A stretch of 64,000 nucleotides of DNA from Macrostomum hystrix (lineage: Eukaryota > Animalia > Platyhelminthes), in contig CATNEN010000002.1 in NCBI GenBank assembly GCA_950097015.1, forward strand, positions 3,100,001 through 3,164,000, read 5' to 3'. Positions 13,101-25,800 of this stretch are shown in pieces. The translations under genes and the position numbers were made by a program. The notes under the pieces were generated by a model, which searched no databases, was not told the origin of the DNA, and was given only the letters and a program-made list of their open reading frames with translations. Numbering within the stretch: the first letter of the stretch is position 1; each line of letters begins with the position of its first letter.

Positions 13101-14740
13101 GCGCTCAACTGGCTATAGAGCAAATACAGCGGCGCTGGCAACAGCTTAGCGACAGCATCGGCCTTCCATTGAGCAGTGACACTGGCGCCGGGACCAGACG
13201 AGTTTAATCCCAGAGCAGTCTCAACTGGCTCAGCAGCTTTGGCCACGGCTTCGAGCAGGGGCGCCAGAGATTCGAGTCGGCGACGCTTCTCGGCAATGTC
13301 AGCCTGCACAGCAGCTGCCTGACGCTTACCAGTGCGCAGCTTATTGGCCAGGGTCTCTCGCTGCTTGAGCTCATATCGAAGTCGGGCCAGTGTGCACTCG
13401 TGCTCGCTGAGTTCGGCCAAGTTGGCGCCGGAGTCACGCACGAATTCGTCCAAAGGAGCCAGGCTGATGGACTCGTGACGGGAGCGAAAGTCCTGCAGTC
13501 AGAAATATATTGATTTTTGTGACATCAGCAACAGTTTTGAACTTCTTGAACTGCTGCGGATTCTGCTACGATTCCAGCTGTGGATTCTGCTACGATTTCA
13601 GCTGTGGATTCTGCTACGATTTCAGCTGTGGATTCTGCTACGATTCCAGCTGTGGATTCTGCTACGATTTCAGCTGTGGATTCTGCTACGATTTCAGCTG
13701 TGGATTCTGCTACGATTTCAGCTGTGGATTCTGCTACGATTTCAGCTGTGGATTCTGCTACGATTTCAGCTGTGGATTCTGCTACGATTCCAGCTGTGGA
13801 TTCTGCTACGATTTCAGCTGTGGATTCTGCTACGATTTCAGCTGTGGATTCTGCTACGATTCCAGCTGTGGATTCTGCTACGATTCCAGCTGTGGATTCT
13901 GCTACGATTTCAGCTGTGGATTCTGCTACGATTCCAGCTGTGGATTCTGCTTCGATTCCAGCTGTGGATTCTGCTACGATTCCAGCTGTGGATTCTGCTA
14001 CGATTTTAAGTCCTTTGTTTGAACAGGCAAGTATGTTTAATTGAGGATTTTTTAACCGCGAGTGGGAGGATCCATTAGCCAGCTAACATCTCTCTCCCTA
14101 TTAGCCAGCACAGTAGGTAAACAAGGCTCAATTGGCCTACCTGACATCTAGTAATCTCCCGCTGCAGATGACGGCATTCGTACAGCAGATTCTGCAACTG
14201 CAGATGACGAGAGTCGGCCTGGAGTTTAGAACTGGCTGTTAATTCTCTGGCTCGCTTCAATCTGAACTGAGCTTCTCTATTTAATCGCTTCATAATCATC
14301 AGGTCAGACATGCAGCCGATTCTCAAATTCTCAAGCCTAATGGCTAGTGAGTCTCCTTCGTGCTTAACAATAGACGATTTAAGCTGAGCAATCTCGGACA
14401 GTCTGCTCAGCAGGCGGGCCTTGGTAGCTGCGAATGCCACCAGAGGACCATCGTCAATGGACGAAGAAGTTGCATCGGCCGTCGTCGGGCAGCTGCCGAC
14501 GCCTTCCTCTTCAATGTAGAATGCTCGACGGATTGAATCAACTGAGCCCCGCTCAGCAGCCGGTTGCTGCTGCTGCCTCTGCTCCGATGTAGTCGACACA
14601 GTGTCCTTACTAGCCGTCGACACGACTTCGGCGGGGGACGCCGATGACGCAACGGAAGCAGCTGCGCCAGCGGATTTCCTGGTTATTTTTCGTTTGACGG
14701 TGACGGCGGCAGGCGCCGATGGGTCGGTTTTAGCTGGCAT
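10169..14740 (-). CDS. THOC5: THO complex subunit 5 (FMIP), ~829 aa
   Basis: Exons 14740-14141, 13492-13037, 12809-12086, 10878-10169 join in frame (2490 nt). Family motifs HLQLQNLLYE..HLQREITRC, TLARLRYELKQR, HPLSV, CLYPGDDG, AYTWAQRLAG and C-terminal RVRPFRY...GFVHR. Confidence 0.95.
11340..12070. repeat. 22-bp minisatellite (GGGCCTGAAGAATCAGTTAGTA) in THOC5 intron 3
   Basis: Over 30 copies by length, abutting the donor at 12085. Confidence 0.95.
13553..14005. repeat. 24-bp minisatellite (GATTCTGCTACGATTCCAGCTGTG) in THOC5 intron 1
   Basis: About 19 copies; 8-aa periodic ORFs. Confidence 0.95.
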
Positions 14741-14829
14741 CTTGATGCTGCTGCTGCTGCTGCTGCTGCAGGTTCAACTGACTGAAACAAAATTAATAAT
14801 ATCTTAACACCTTTTATGGTGACACTAGA

Positions 14830-15045
14830 CCCATTTCGCTGAATCTTGAGTACGCACTGACATTTTCATCGTCAGGCAGTGTACACTCCCACTGTGCCTT
14901 GGAGGTAGGCCCTTAACGGCATAAATTGCACGGCAAGCCTTCCCTCTGCGGCTGCGCCCCAATTTAATGTGGCCTCGCCGCGGAATCGAGCTCAGGGACC
15001 TTGGCGCCAGAGGTAAACGCGTTAACCGCTTCGCCACTCACCCCT
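14830..15045 (-). mobile_element. tRNA-derived SINE (family B), copy 1
   Basis: Minus strand head GGTGAGTGGCGAAGCGG (A-box-like) ... GCTCGATTCC (B-box-like); body colinear with the copy at 40040-40250. Confidence 0.6.
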
Positions 15046-15372
15046 GAACTCACTGGAAAATAAAGATCAATTTATTTTAATGTTTGCCTATATTTTTAAT
15101 CTATAATACGTTTTTTTGGTCTGCAGTTTTTTGTTTCTAGTCATACGAAAAAAACAAAAATTAATATGCTGACAAATTTTGGGAAAAGTTTCAATCGATA
15201 TTTTTCATTTAATTGTATATTTCGTGTAAAAAATCAATCAAAATTAGACATTTACTAAGAAAGACCAGATCACATTGGAGTGTAGAAACAATTAGCTAAA
15301 ATTAGACATTTCAATCATTATTCTAGTCCACAGTTACAATCCAATGTTGAACACAGAGTTAATTGCGGTCAG

Positions 15373-16656
15373 TTACAGTTTGCCCTGCAGTTCACCTAGG
15401 CGTGACTGGAACTCTCTCAGTCGCATGCCCATGCTCATGTTGCCCTGCATTCTCAGGCGGCCAGTAAAGAATGCCTGCTGAGGATTCAGCCGGCCCAGCA
15501 TCAGCTGGACAAGATCGGAGTCGCTGATTGTGATGGTCACGTCAGGCTTACCTGCGGACAGGTGACAGGTAAATCATATTTTACCACCGATTATACACTC
15601 GCTAGTTTAGCAACTTCCATTCAGAAATTTTGCAGCCAGGTGTAATCTAACTTTTAATGGATCCCTCCACTGACTTTGTCTGTCTCTATTTATTGTAAGG
15701 GATGCCTGCCTGCTTGTTTACCTGTACTTATGACTCATGCCTTTTTTAGTAACATGCCTGCCTGTCCTAGGATTTCTCTCCTACGTATGTCATACGTATT
15801 CAGACGTCAGCTTCTATTTTTAGCAACAGACCCCTTGTTCATCTGACGTCAGTTTCTATTAATAGAAAGTCACGTGATGTATCTGCTACCCCTACCTTGT
15901 CTGCACCATATTAACAGGTCCCTAAATGCTGGATCATTTAAGTGTGTGCCTGCGTGCCCGCTAAGGAAAAAATTGCGCGGCGCATTCAAAGGCCGCGTGT
16001 ACAGCTGTTCAGTCCGTGGACAAGTGGGCGACGCAACACACAACTAACTTTCTACTGAAGCTAATTCTCGTAACTATAAGCAACGGAAATCAGTTGCCCA
16101 GCTAAAGTATACATATAGTTATCACTATACTTGGATTCAAGTCTGATCAGAAGTGTGTGTGTGCTTACGTATCAGCATATAGACAGAATTATGTAGAATT
16201 ATGAACAGCCAGTCTTAAAGTTTCACCTGTTCCATTAAACTCCACAGCACCAGCGCCATTCTTGCAGTCAACCAGCCACATTGCAGTGGCACCATCGCGA
16301 CCTCCAGTAACTTTGAATGCGAAGACACCATTTATGCGCTTAACAATCTGCTCGCCTTCTTCATTCAGGCCAGAGCGGATAGCGTCGAAAATTTTTGTGC
16401 ACTACATTGACAAAAGATTGAGTATGTGAAAATTATTGACATAGTGCAATTTAGCCGCAATTCTGACCTAGGTTCTGCTGAATGATTCTATCAACTAATG
16501 AGACATGTGTTTTAACATAATATGATGCAAATTATATTACATTACATTATATGTAAACATATAACTAACCTCAAAAACTCCATCAGCTGGTGCAGCTGAA
16601 GCTGATGTGGCCTTCAAAGAAGAATCACATCCTTTAATAGTCAGCAGATCAGGCAT
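15373..16656 (-). CDS. SCP2: sterol carrier protein 2 (SCP2) domain protein, 146 aa, C-terminal GKL
   Basis: Exons 16656-16570, 16401-16227, 15551-15373 (441 nt, in frame): EEGEQIVKRINGVFAFKV, WLVDCKNG.G, PDVTITISDSD, NPQQAFFTGRLRMQGNM. Not shown in the ORF track because it is spliced. Could be the 3' end of a longer SCPx (thiolase) gene, but no thiolase exons were recognised upstream. Confidence 0.9.
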
Positions 16657-19023
16657 ATTGTATCCTAATTTATATGTTATTATTCTGAAACCAACAGAAA
16701 ATTTTTTTATATTCTACAAAAAAAAATACAATTGTACATATTATTGTATTGCATGCATTAAAAAATTTACCTATTTAACCAAATTTAATTTTTTTCCTTA
16801 TGCATACATAATATATATACACTATTATTTCACATATAGTGTGAAATAATGTAAGATATGTAAAAAACTAATATCTTGTACATATTAACTACTAGTTAGT
16901 AAATTTGGTTACTATCTAATTAAAACAAACAAGAGATCTTACTAAAATGCTTGCTTTGGAATTTTCCAATAATTTTCCAATTATCACTGAAGATTATCAC
17001 TGAAATTTAATTAAACTAATCTAAATTAATTTCTTTTTTTTCCTTTTTATAATATTATGTCTAATTGATAAAAAGGGCAATCAAATTAAATGTGCATTAT
17101 TATTAATGATGTTAGTATTAAGGCAATTAAGAAGGCTACATAAAAATATTAAAAATATGTAAGCCTATTCTTAATTGTTACAATACATTACTTACATTAG
17201 AGACTAAAGTCGGCCTACAAGTTTCATTTTTTAGTATGATAGGACATAACAATAAAATAGTTATAATGTTATTAAAAGGGCATTTGTATGCCAAATGTCT
17301 ATGCTAAAAAAATCAAGACAGCTATTAATATTAAGAAACACTTGGCTTCAAGTTAATATAAATTAAAAACAGAATGAATGTTGTACAAAGTAAAGAAAAT
17401 TTAAAGCAATTTTTTTAATTGAAAGATAAATTATATAAATATACAAGTTGAGAAATGTTACTTCATTGTTAAACTCATAATGTTTTCTTTTTCTGATCAG
17501 CTTATTTTACTTAGGATAAGATATATATATATAAAATGTTCAAAGATATGAGATGAAAAATACCACATTTTAAGCAAAATTGGTCTAATTCTCAAATTTT
17601 GCAATGGGCCATTTCTAGCCATAGGCCTATACTAAAGTGGCTCAAGACCTTATGCATAAAGCAACCCACAGCTGCAAATAGTAAAAAAATATTTTAATAA
17701 AATTAAAACAAGATTATCATTAGTATCATTAGTAGCTAGCTAGGTTGCCAGGTAGGTATATATGTATTCTATTCTAATTTCTAGAAGTCAAGAGCCTAAG
17801 ACCTAATCATTCAGAGTAAATATATAAAAGGCTAATTCCATGAGATGATGGTCATTGTATTGGTATACATAATAATCATTATTTGTACCAAAGACAAACT
17901 AACTCAAGACTTTGTATGTTCCATATTGATGGGTGTGACTTCAAGATAAAGATAAGACACATTTTAAAGTAATTTTTTACTGTGTTAATGTAGTAGACAG
18001 AAACTTTCAATGATGGTTGTTTTTGGTGAAGGCTGACGTATTCAAATTTTCAGCATAAGTTCAAGATTCCTGCAAATCAGGCAAGTTTTTGTCTCAATCA
18101 GTCATTTGTTGTTGTAAACAATAGCTAGATAAACAGTTATAAACAAATTTCACATGTTATTAGCCAGTTTTAAGTGTGTTGCACATTTTTTTCTTAGATG
18201 ACGGTCATTGGACTGATGGTCATTTGTTTCAAATAAAACAATTTTTTTTAAAACAGCAATGTTTTGAATAGTTTGAAAACATTTTTTTAAAGTTAGACCT
18301 GCTGCCATAAAGTTACTATGATAGCAACAAAGGAATCTCTTTATTTTGGATAATATCATAGTTTTAAGATTGTTTGTAACTAATATTAGTTCTAATAAAA
18401 ATATTTAATGCTTTTCTAACCATAAAATTTATTACACTAATCTCACATTTCAGATCAAACCTACCATGTACCTTCAACAAAACATAAACTTCAAGATTGC
18501 CTGACTCAATAATCATAAAGATGGCTAATCAGTTAATAGAGGGAACAGTGCATGAAACAATAAAATAAACCAATGGCTTAGTATGACTTAACAAAAAAGA
18601 GTTTATTTTAAGGCGTATAAAACAAGATTAACAGTATCTCTTAAAGGCTTGAATTCCAAGAACATGTATTGTCTTTAAAATTGACACAAGAAACTTTTAC
18701 AAGAGAAATTAGATAAAAAATACACAACTTGAGAACAGTACTGATGTAGTTAATTGTATGGATTTTATCAAATTTATGAAAAATGATAGCAATAACTTTT
18801 TCTGAATAATATACAGGTTTTAAGAATGCCAGGAAATGATGGTTGTTGGGTAACTATGCAGGTTTTTTAAGCATATTAAACTTATCACATGCTAACAAAA
18901 AGGACAATTTAACTTAGATATAGGCTAAGAAAATATTTTATTAAAAAAATCACTTTGCAAGCCTTTTGAACTTGGTATAACAACTTTTCATTAAAAAATG
19001 ATAGTCGTTTTTAACACTTTTAA

Positions 19024-19598
19024 AAGGCAGAGCTTATTCCCACAGTCCCGTGCCGATAATTTCAATTTTATCCACATGGTTCTGTTCTTTAAAACAAGGC
19101 CCTTTCGGGTTTGAATGTTTTGTTGAACCCTTGAGCCAATAGATTGACAAAGTTGACAGTGTGTTACGACACTGTTCTACATTCGACCTACACATTCATT
19201 AACTGACATTAATATCATCCTTTTTAATTATTGTAATAACAACTTACTAAATCTTTTGTCATCGTTACATGTTTTCATTCGAATTGTATTGACTTAAAAA
19301 AGTAAGAAGTCTATCTAAGAAAATCATACAAGTCAACCAGTAGAATTCTAGTCAGCACCAAACTCGTCACACATATTATAAATCATTGTTATTCTTTTAA
19401 ACTATGCATTGATAGTGTACACTATACACTATAATCTGAAGCAAAAGCCTAATGCTCAGAGAAGAATAGGTAGGGACTTGAAAGTAGACCTATTCATACA
19501 AGCTGCTGTGTGGATAAGCAGAAAATTAGTGGCACGGATCTGTGTCGATAAAATTAAAATTATATCGGCATGGGACCGTGGGAATAAGCACTTCCCTT
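19024..19598. mobile_element. MITE copy 1 with TIRs and TTAA flanks (Kolobok-like)
   Basis: Ends AAGGCAGAGCTTATTCCCAC ... GTGGGAATAAGCACTTCCCTT; TTAA at 19020-19023 and 19599-19602. Purine-purine termini with TTAA fit Kolobok better than piggyBac. Confidence 0.65.
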
Positions 19599-19867
19599 TT
19601 AAAAAGCAAAGCCCAAACTTTTCAAAGCAAAACTTATGATAAAAAGAAATATATTAGGTCATAAGACCTTTTTATTTCAGTTTTTAGATATAATAAAGTT
19701 AAGTTATTTTTTTTATTCTCTGAGTTAAATTTAAGACTAATTAGTTCCTTAATGAAAACTAGATTCACTTTTTATAATGTCCTGTGCAACACTGAAATGA
19801 TTGTAGGCCTAGGGGTACTATGATCAAAACAAAAAATATAAACTTAAAGGTAGATAAATATGTTTAA

Positions 19868-20510
19868 AGGAAGTGCTTATTCCCACGGTCCCATGCCAAT
19901 AATTTCAATTTTATCCACTACGGATCTGTGCCGATAATTTTCTGCTTATCCACATGGAAGCTTGTATGAATAGGTCTACTTTCAAGTCCCTGCCTATTAT
20001 TCTCTGAGCATAAGGCTTTTGCTTCAGAGTATAGTGCATAGTGTACACTATCAATGCAAAGTTGTAAAAGAATAGCAATGATGTATAATGTGTGATGAGT
20101 TTGGTGCTGACTAGGCCTAGAATTCTGCTGGTTGACTTGTATGATTTTCTTTGATAGACTTCTTACTTTTTTAAGTCAATATATAATGAATATAAGTTTA
20201 TAATGAAATATAAGTCAGTTTATAATGAATGTGTAGGTCGAAATGTAGAACACTGTCGTAACACACTGGCAACTTTGTCGATCTATTGGCTCGAGGGTTC
20301 AATAAAACGTTCAAACCCGAAAGGGCCTCGTTTCAAAGAACAGAACCGTGTGGATAAAATTGAAATTAACGGCACGGCATATTTATATAAAGAGTTGTAG
20401 ACCTATTCATACAAGCTGCCGTGTGGATAAGCAGAAAATTATTGGCACGGATCCGTGTGGATAAAATTGAAATTATTGGCACGGGACCATGGGAATAAGC
20501 TCTGCCATGT
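19868..20510. mobile_element. MITE copy 2, inverted relative to copy 1
   Basis: Reverse-complement similarity to 19024-19598 along its length; TTAA at 19864-19867 and 20511-20514. Confidence 0.65.
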
Positions 20511-21386
20511 TTAAAACTACTTAAACATAAAACTATATATAATTATGTACAAATATAAATATAAACTTTGATAAATATAGCATAAAAAATATGCCCTTGA
20601 TGACCTTCTAATGGAATTACTCAAAACATACAATAAAAATGTAACAAGAAAACTGTAGTCTGCAGATCAAAAATAAAAACTACATAGGCCCTAGCAGAAT
20701 GTTAATGTTACAAACAAGCAGGATCATGAGCATGTACAAATGCCAAATGGTTAATGGTTCAATCGGTTTTGGTCTCTGGACTGAAACAAAATGAGAATGG
20801 GCTATGGCATAACAATATTAACAAGCAGTTTAAATAACCATTTGCCATATAAGCAATCTGATAACTTATTTCAACAGAAGTTGGTTAGCAATTAAAAAAC
20901 TAAATTCCTAGGTCCATAAATAACACTGTGTAAACACAGTTAGACAGATCTTTGTCTGTATTCGATTTATTAGATTAGAAGGGAGAAAATGATTATAGTA
21001 ATTTAAGTTATGCTTAAGTTGGCCCGTCAATGTTATAAATACATAGTACGACTTGTATGTCACATCAGTCAGGCAATTTGTAAAAAAACAATAGAATTAT
21101 TTACCAATTATTCACCAACAAAATCATGTATTAGGTGCACTGTGCACAAAATAACAACCCGCAAACTTGAAATCTCACATCACGTCTTTTAAATTAGATC
21201 ACTTTGAATTCCGGTTTGATTCAGATTTAAACAAAGTCTTACACTAATATATTCGCAAAAAGGTTTTATAACGGCGAAGGATCAAGCAAACCTAATTTTC
21301 GAGTTTTAATCTTAATAAATTATTGGTCTAAAAACGATTTCATTCTCTCAAAAGTCTGAATTTTTTAACACGGTGCAAACAAATAC

Positions 21387-21883
21387 ACTTCCATGTCGCC
21401 AGCCGCATCGCAGCCGCGTCAAAATTTTAACCGCAGTCCCCAGACGCGGCTTGTGTAAAAAATGAAAGATTAGCATGCAAAAAGATTCCCCAAAGGGTTT
21501 TCTTTCACCAAAACCTGCTACAAAAAAATTCTCAAGCATTCAAAGTTTTGTTTGAGTGGGCTGGCGCAGGGCTGAGATTGGGCTAGCAAATACCGCCGAT
21601 AAGATGCATTCCAGACGCTCCCCAAGATATAAAATTTATTGAGCAGGATGTTTTGCTCCTTTCTGTTGAGTTTCTTTAAAATCGATTCTAAATCCACATA
21701 GAAATCTTATTTAAAAGTTTAAAGTCATGCATTCCGGAACATTTTTGCCCTCCCCAACAGACTTAAAGGGATGCGGCTAATTCCCCAACGAAATAAAACG
21801 ATACAGACTAGTTGTTTTCACATGCAAATCAAATTTCAGCCATTCCCCAGATGTAGTTTTAGAAATATGGCCCCTTGATTTTT
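21387..21883 (+). repeat. 497-bp inverted repeat, left arm
   Basis: Reverse complement of 31426-31922; only one mismatch seen by eye. The same spurious ORF (MLENFFVAG...) appears on opposite strands in the track. Confidence 0.95.
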
Positions 21884-22867
21884 AGAAGTAGCTATTCGTA
21901 CAGTACACTGTATGAATAAAATTGATGCTATTCATACGGTAGTTATACCGCCAATTTAAAATATTATTTTATTATGTGTGTGTGTTATTTAATTATAGCT
22001 AGAAAGCGCAAATGCAAACGAAACATGTTAATATGAAATGCTCATATCGTCTACAGACTTGTTTCTTAATTCTTAATTTTTAGTCCTGAAGTCTGAGACA
22101 GTCTGTGAAGTGTATTAATAAAACGAGAATTACCAGAATTACTCATTATTGGATTATTATGCTATATGTCCAATTGCAATATCAATTGCAGTTGCAAACA
22201 GCAAAACAGCAATTTTCTATAGCAACTACTAATTGAAATAGCATAATCAAACATTAGTAATTATGCCACATGGTGTTCAATTTGGACATTAGTTCAAATT
22301 AAAAGCTTGGCTTAGAATACTCATTAAAATTGGCTCAATGGCATAACCAAATTTAGGTAATTATGCCAATTTGGCCCAGTGAAATTTTTTAAGTCCAAAT
22401 GACCTATACTTTAAATTTTTAGCTATATAACTCCAATATTAGGCTTTGTATTATTAGGAATACAGTTACATGTATTTTTAAATACTATCCTAATAGGCTA
22501 GGCTAGTACAAAACAAAATATTTAACAAAATTTAGCTAGTCTCTAAATAATCTTATATAAACATCAATAAAAACTTATGTCCATTTATCTAAAGTAATAT
22601 CAATAGCTATACATTTATAATTATAGAACTACAAGAGTCATTGCCTTATGCACATCGTTTTTATGATATAAATAAATAATATCAATATACCTTGAGGACA
22701 TTGAGGTTTCGAATCAATTTATTCAAATGCAATTGAACATATTTTATATAAATTTAAATAACATTTGATTGCTGATTTGATTTGTTTTTCTGTTTATATA
22801 TGCATAAGACAACAATTATTTGCTTAAACATTATTAATATATTATTTCTCTTAATGTAATATATTTT

Positions 22868-25800
22868 TAGTTGGTGCACAGTTGGCATCAGTTGGTTTCT
22901 CCTACTGTAGTCCCTATTTAGTTGAGTTGGTGCATAGTTGGCATCAGTTGGTTTCTCTACTGTAGTCCCTATTTAGTTGAGTTGGTGCATAGTTGGCATC
23001 AGTTGGTTTCTCCTACTGTAGTCCCTATTTAGTTGAGTTGGTGCACAGTTGGTTTCTCCTACTGTAGTCCCTATTTAGTTGAGTTGGTGCACAGTTGGCA
23101 TCAGTTGGTTTCTCCTACTGTAGTCCCTATTTAGTTGAGTTGGTGCACAGTTGGCATCAGTTGGTTTCTCCTACTGTAGTCCCTATTTAGTTGAGTTGGT
23201 GCACAGTTGGCATCAGTTGGTTTCTCTTACTGTAGTCCCTATTTAGTTGAGTTGGTGCACAGTTGGCATCAGTTGGTTTCTCCTACTGTAGTCCCTATTT
23301 AGTTGAGTTGGTGCACAGTTGGCATCAGTTGGTTTCTCCTACTGTAGTCCCTATTTAGTTGAGTTGGTGCACAGTTGGCATCAGTTGGTTTCTCCTACTG
23401 TAGTCCCTATTTAGTTGAGTTGGTGCACAGTTGGCATCAGTTGGTTTCTCTACTGTAGTCCCTATTTAGTTGAGTTGGTGCACAGTTGGCATCAGTTGGT
23501 TTCTCCTACTGTAGTCCCTATTTAGTTGAGTTGGTGCACAGTTGGCACCAGTTGGTTTCTCCTACTGTAGTCCCTATTTAGTTGAGTTGGTGCACAGTTG
23601 GCATCAGTTGGTTTCTCCTACTGTAGTCCCTATTTAGTTGAGTTGGTGCACAGTTGGCATCAGTTGGTTTCTCCTACTGTAGTCCCTATTTAGTTGAGTT
23701 GGTGCACAGTTGGCATCAGTTGGTTTCTCCTACTGTAGTCCCTATTTAGTTGAGTTGGTGCACAGTTGGCATCAGTTGGTTTCTCCTACTGTAGTCCCTA
23801 TTTAGTTGAGTTGGTGCACAGTTGGCATCAGTTGGTTTCTCCTACTGTAGTCCCTATTTAGTTGAGTTGGTGCACAGTTGGCATCAGTTGGTTTCTCCTA
23901 CTGTAGTCCCTATTTAGTTGAGTTGGTGCACAGTTGGCATCAGTTGGTTTCTCCTACTGTAGTCCCTATTTAGTTGAGTTGGTGCACAGTTGGCATCAGT
24001 TGGTTTCTCCTACTGTAGTCCCTATTTAGTTGAGTTGGTGCACAGTTGGCATCAGTTGGTTTCTCCTACTGTAGTCCCTATTTAGTTGAGTTGGTGCACA
24101 GTTGGCATCAGTTGGTTTCTCCTACTGTAGTCCCTATTTAGTTGAGTTGGTGCACAGTTGGCATCAGTTGGTTTCTCTTACTGTAGTCCCTATTTAGTTG
24201 AGTTGGTGCACAGTTGGCATCAGTTGGTTTCTCCTACTGTAGTCCCTATTTAGTTGAGTTGGTGCACAGTTGGCATCAGTTGGTTTCTCCTACTGTAGTC
24301 CCTATTTAGTTGAGTTGGTGCACAGTTGGCATCAGTTGGTTTCTCTTACTGTAGTCCCTATTTAGTTGAGTTGGTGCACAGTTGGCATCAGTTGGTTTCT
24401 CCTACTGTAGTCCCTATTTAGTTGAGTTGGTGCACAGTTGGCATCAGTTGGTTTCTCCTACTGTAGTCCCTATTTAGTTGAGTTGGTGCACAGTTGGCAT
24501 CAGTTGGTTTCTCCTACTGTAGTCCCTATTTAGTTGAGTTGGTGCACAGTTGGCATCAGTTGGTTTCTCTACTGTAGTCCCTATTTAGTTGAGTTGGTGC
24601 ACAGTTGGCATCAGTTGGTTTCTCCTACTGTAGTCCCTATTTAGTTGAGTTGGTGCACAGTTGGCACCAGTTGGTTTCTCCTACTGTAGTCCCTATTTAG
24701 TTGAGTTGGTGCACAGTTGGCATCAGTTGGTTTCTCCTACTGTAGTCCCTATTTAGTTGAGTTGGTGCACAGTTGGCATCAGTTGGTTTCTCCTACTGTA
24801 GTCCCTATTTAGTTGAGTTGGTGCACAGTTGGCATCAGTTGGTTTCTCCTACTGTAGTCCCTATTTAGTTGAGTTGGTGCACAGTTGGCATCAGTTGGTT
24901 TCTCCTACTGTAGTCCCTATTTAGTTGAGTTGGTGCACAGTTGGCATCAGTTGGTTTCTCCTACTGTAGTCCCTATTTAGTTGAGTTGGTGCACAGTTGG
25001 CATCAGTTGGTTTCTCCTACTGTAGTCCCTATTTAGTTGAGTTGGTGCACAGTTGGCATCAGTTGGTTTCTCCTACTGTAGTCCCTATTTAGTTGAGTTG
25101 GTGCACAGTTGGCATCAGTTGGTTTCTCTACTGTAGTCCCTATTTAGTTGAGTTGGTGCACAGTTGGCATCAGTTGGTTTCTCCTACTGTAGTCCCTATT
25201 TAGTTGAGTTGGTGCACAGTTGGCATCAGTTGGTTTCTCCTACTGTAGTCCCTATTTAGTTGAGTTGGTGCACAGTTGGCACCAGTTGGTTTCTCCTACT
25301 GTAGTCCCTATTTAGTTGAGTTGGTGCACAGTTGGCATCAGTTGGTTTCTCCTACTGTAGTCCCTATTTAGTTGAGTTGGTGCACAGTTGGCATCAGTTG
25401 GTTTCTCCTACTGTAGTCCCTATTTAGTTGAGTTGGTGCACAGTTGGCATCAGTTGGTTTCTCCTACTGTAGTCCCTATTTAGTTGAGTTGGTGCACAGT
25501 TGGCATCAGTTGGTTTCTCCTACTGTAGTCCCTATTTAGTTGAGTTGGTGCACAGTTGGCATCAGTTGGTTTCTCTTACTGTAGTCCCTATTTAGTTGAG
25601 TTGGTGCACAGTTGGCATCAGTTGGTTTCTCCTACTGTAGTCCCTATTTAGTTGAGTTGGTGCACAGTTGGCATCAGTTGGTTTCTCCTACTGTAGTCCC
25701 TATTTAGTTGAGTTGGTGCACAGTTGGCATCAGTTGGTTTCTCTTACTGTAGTCCCTATTTAGTTGAGTTGGTGCACAGTTGGCATCAGTTGGTTTCTCC

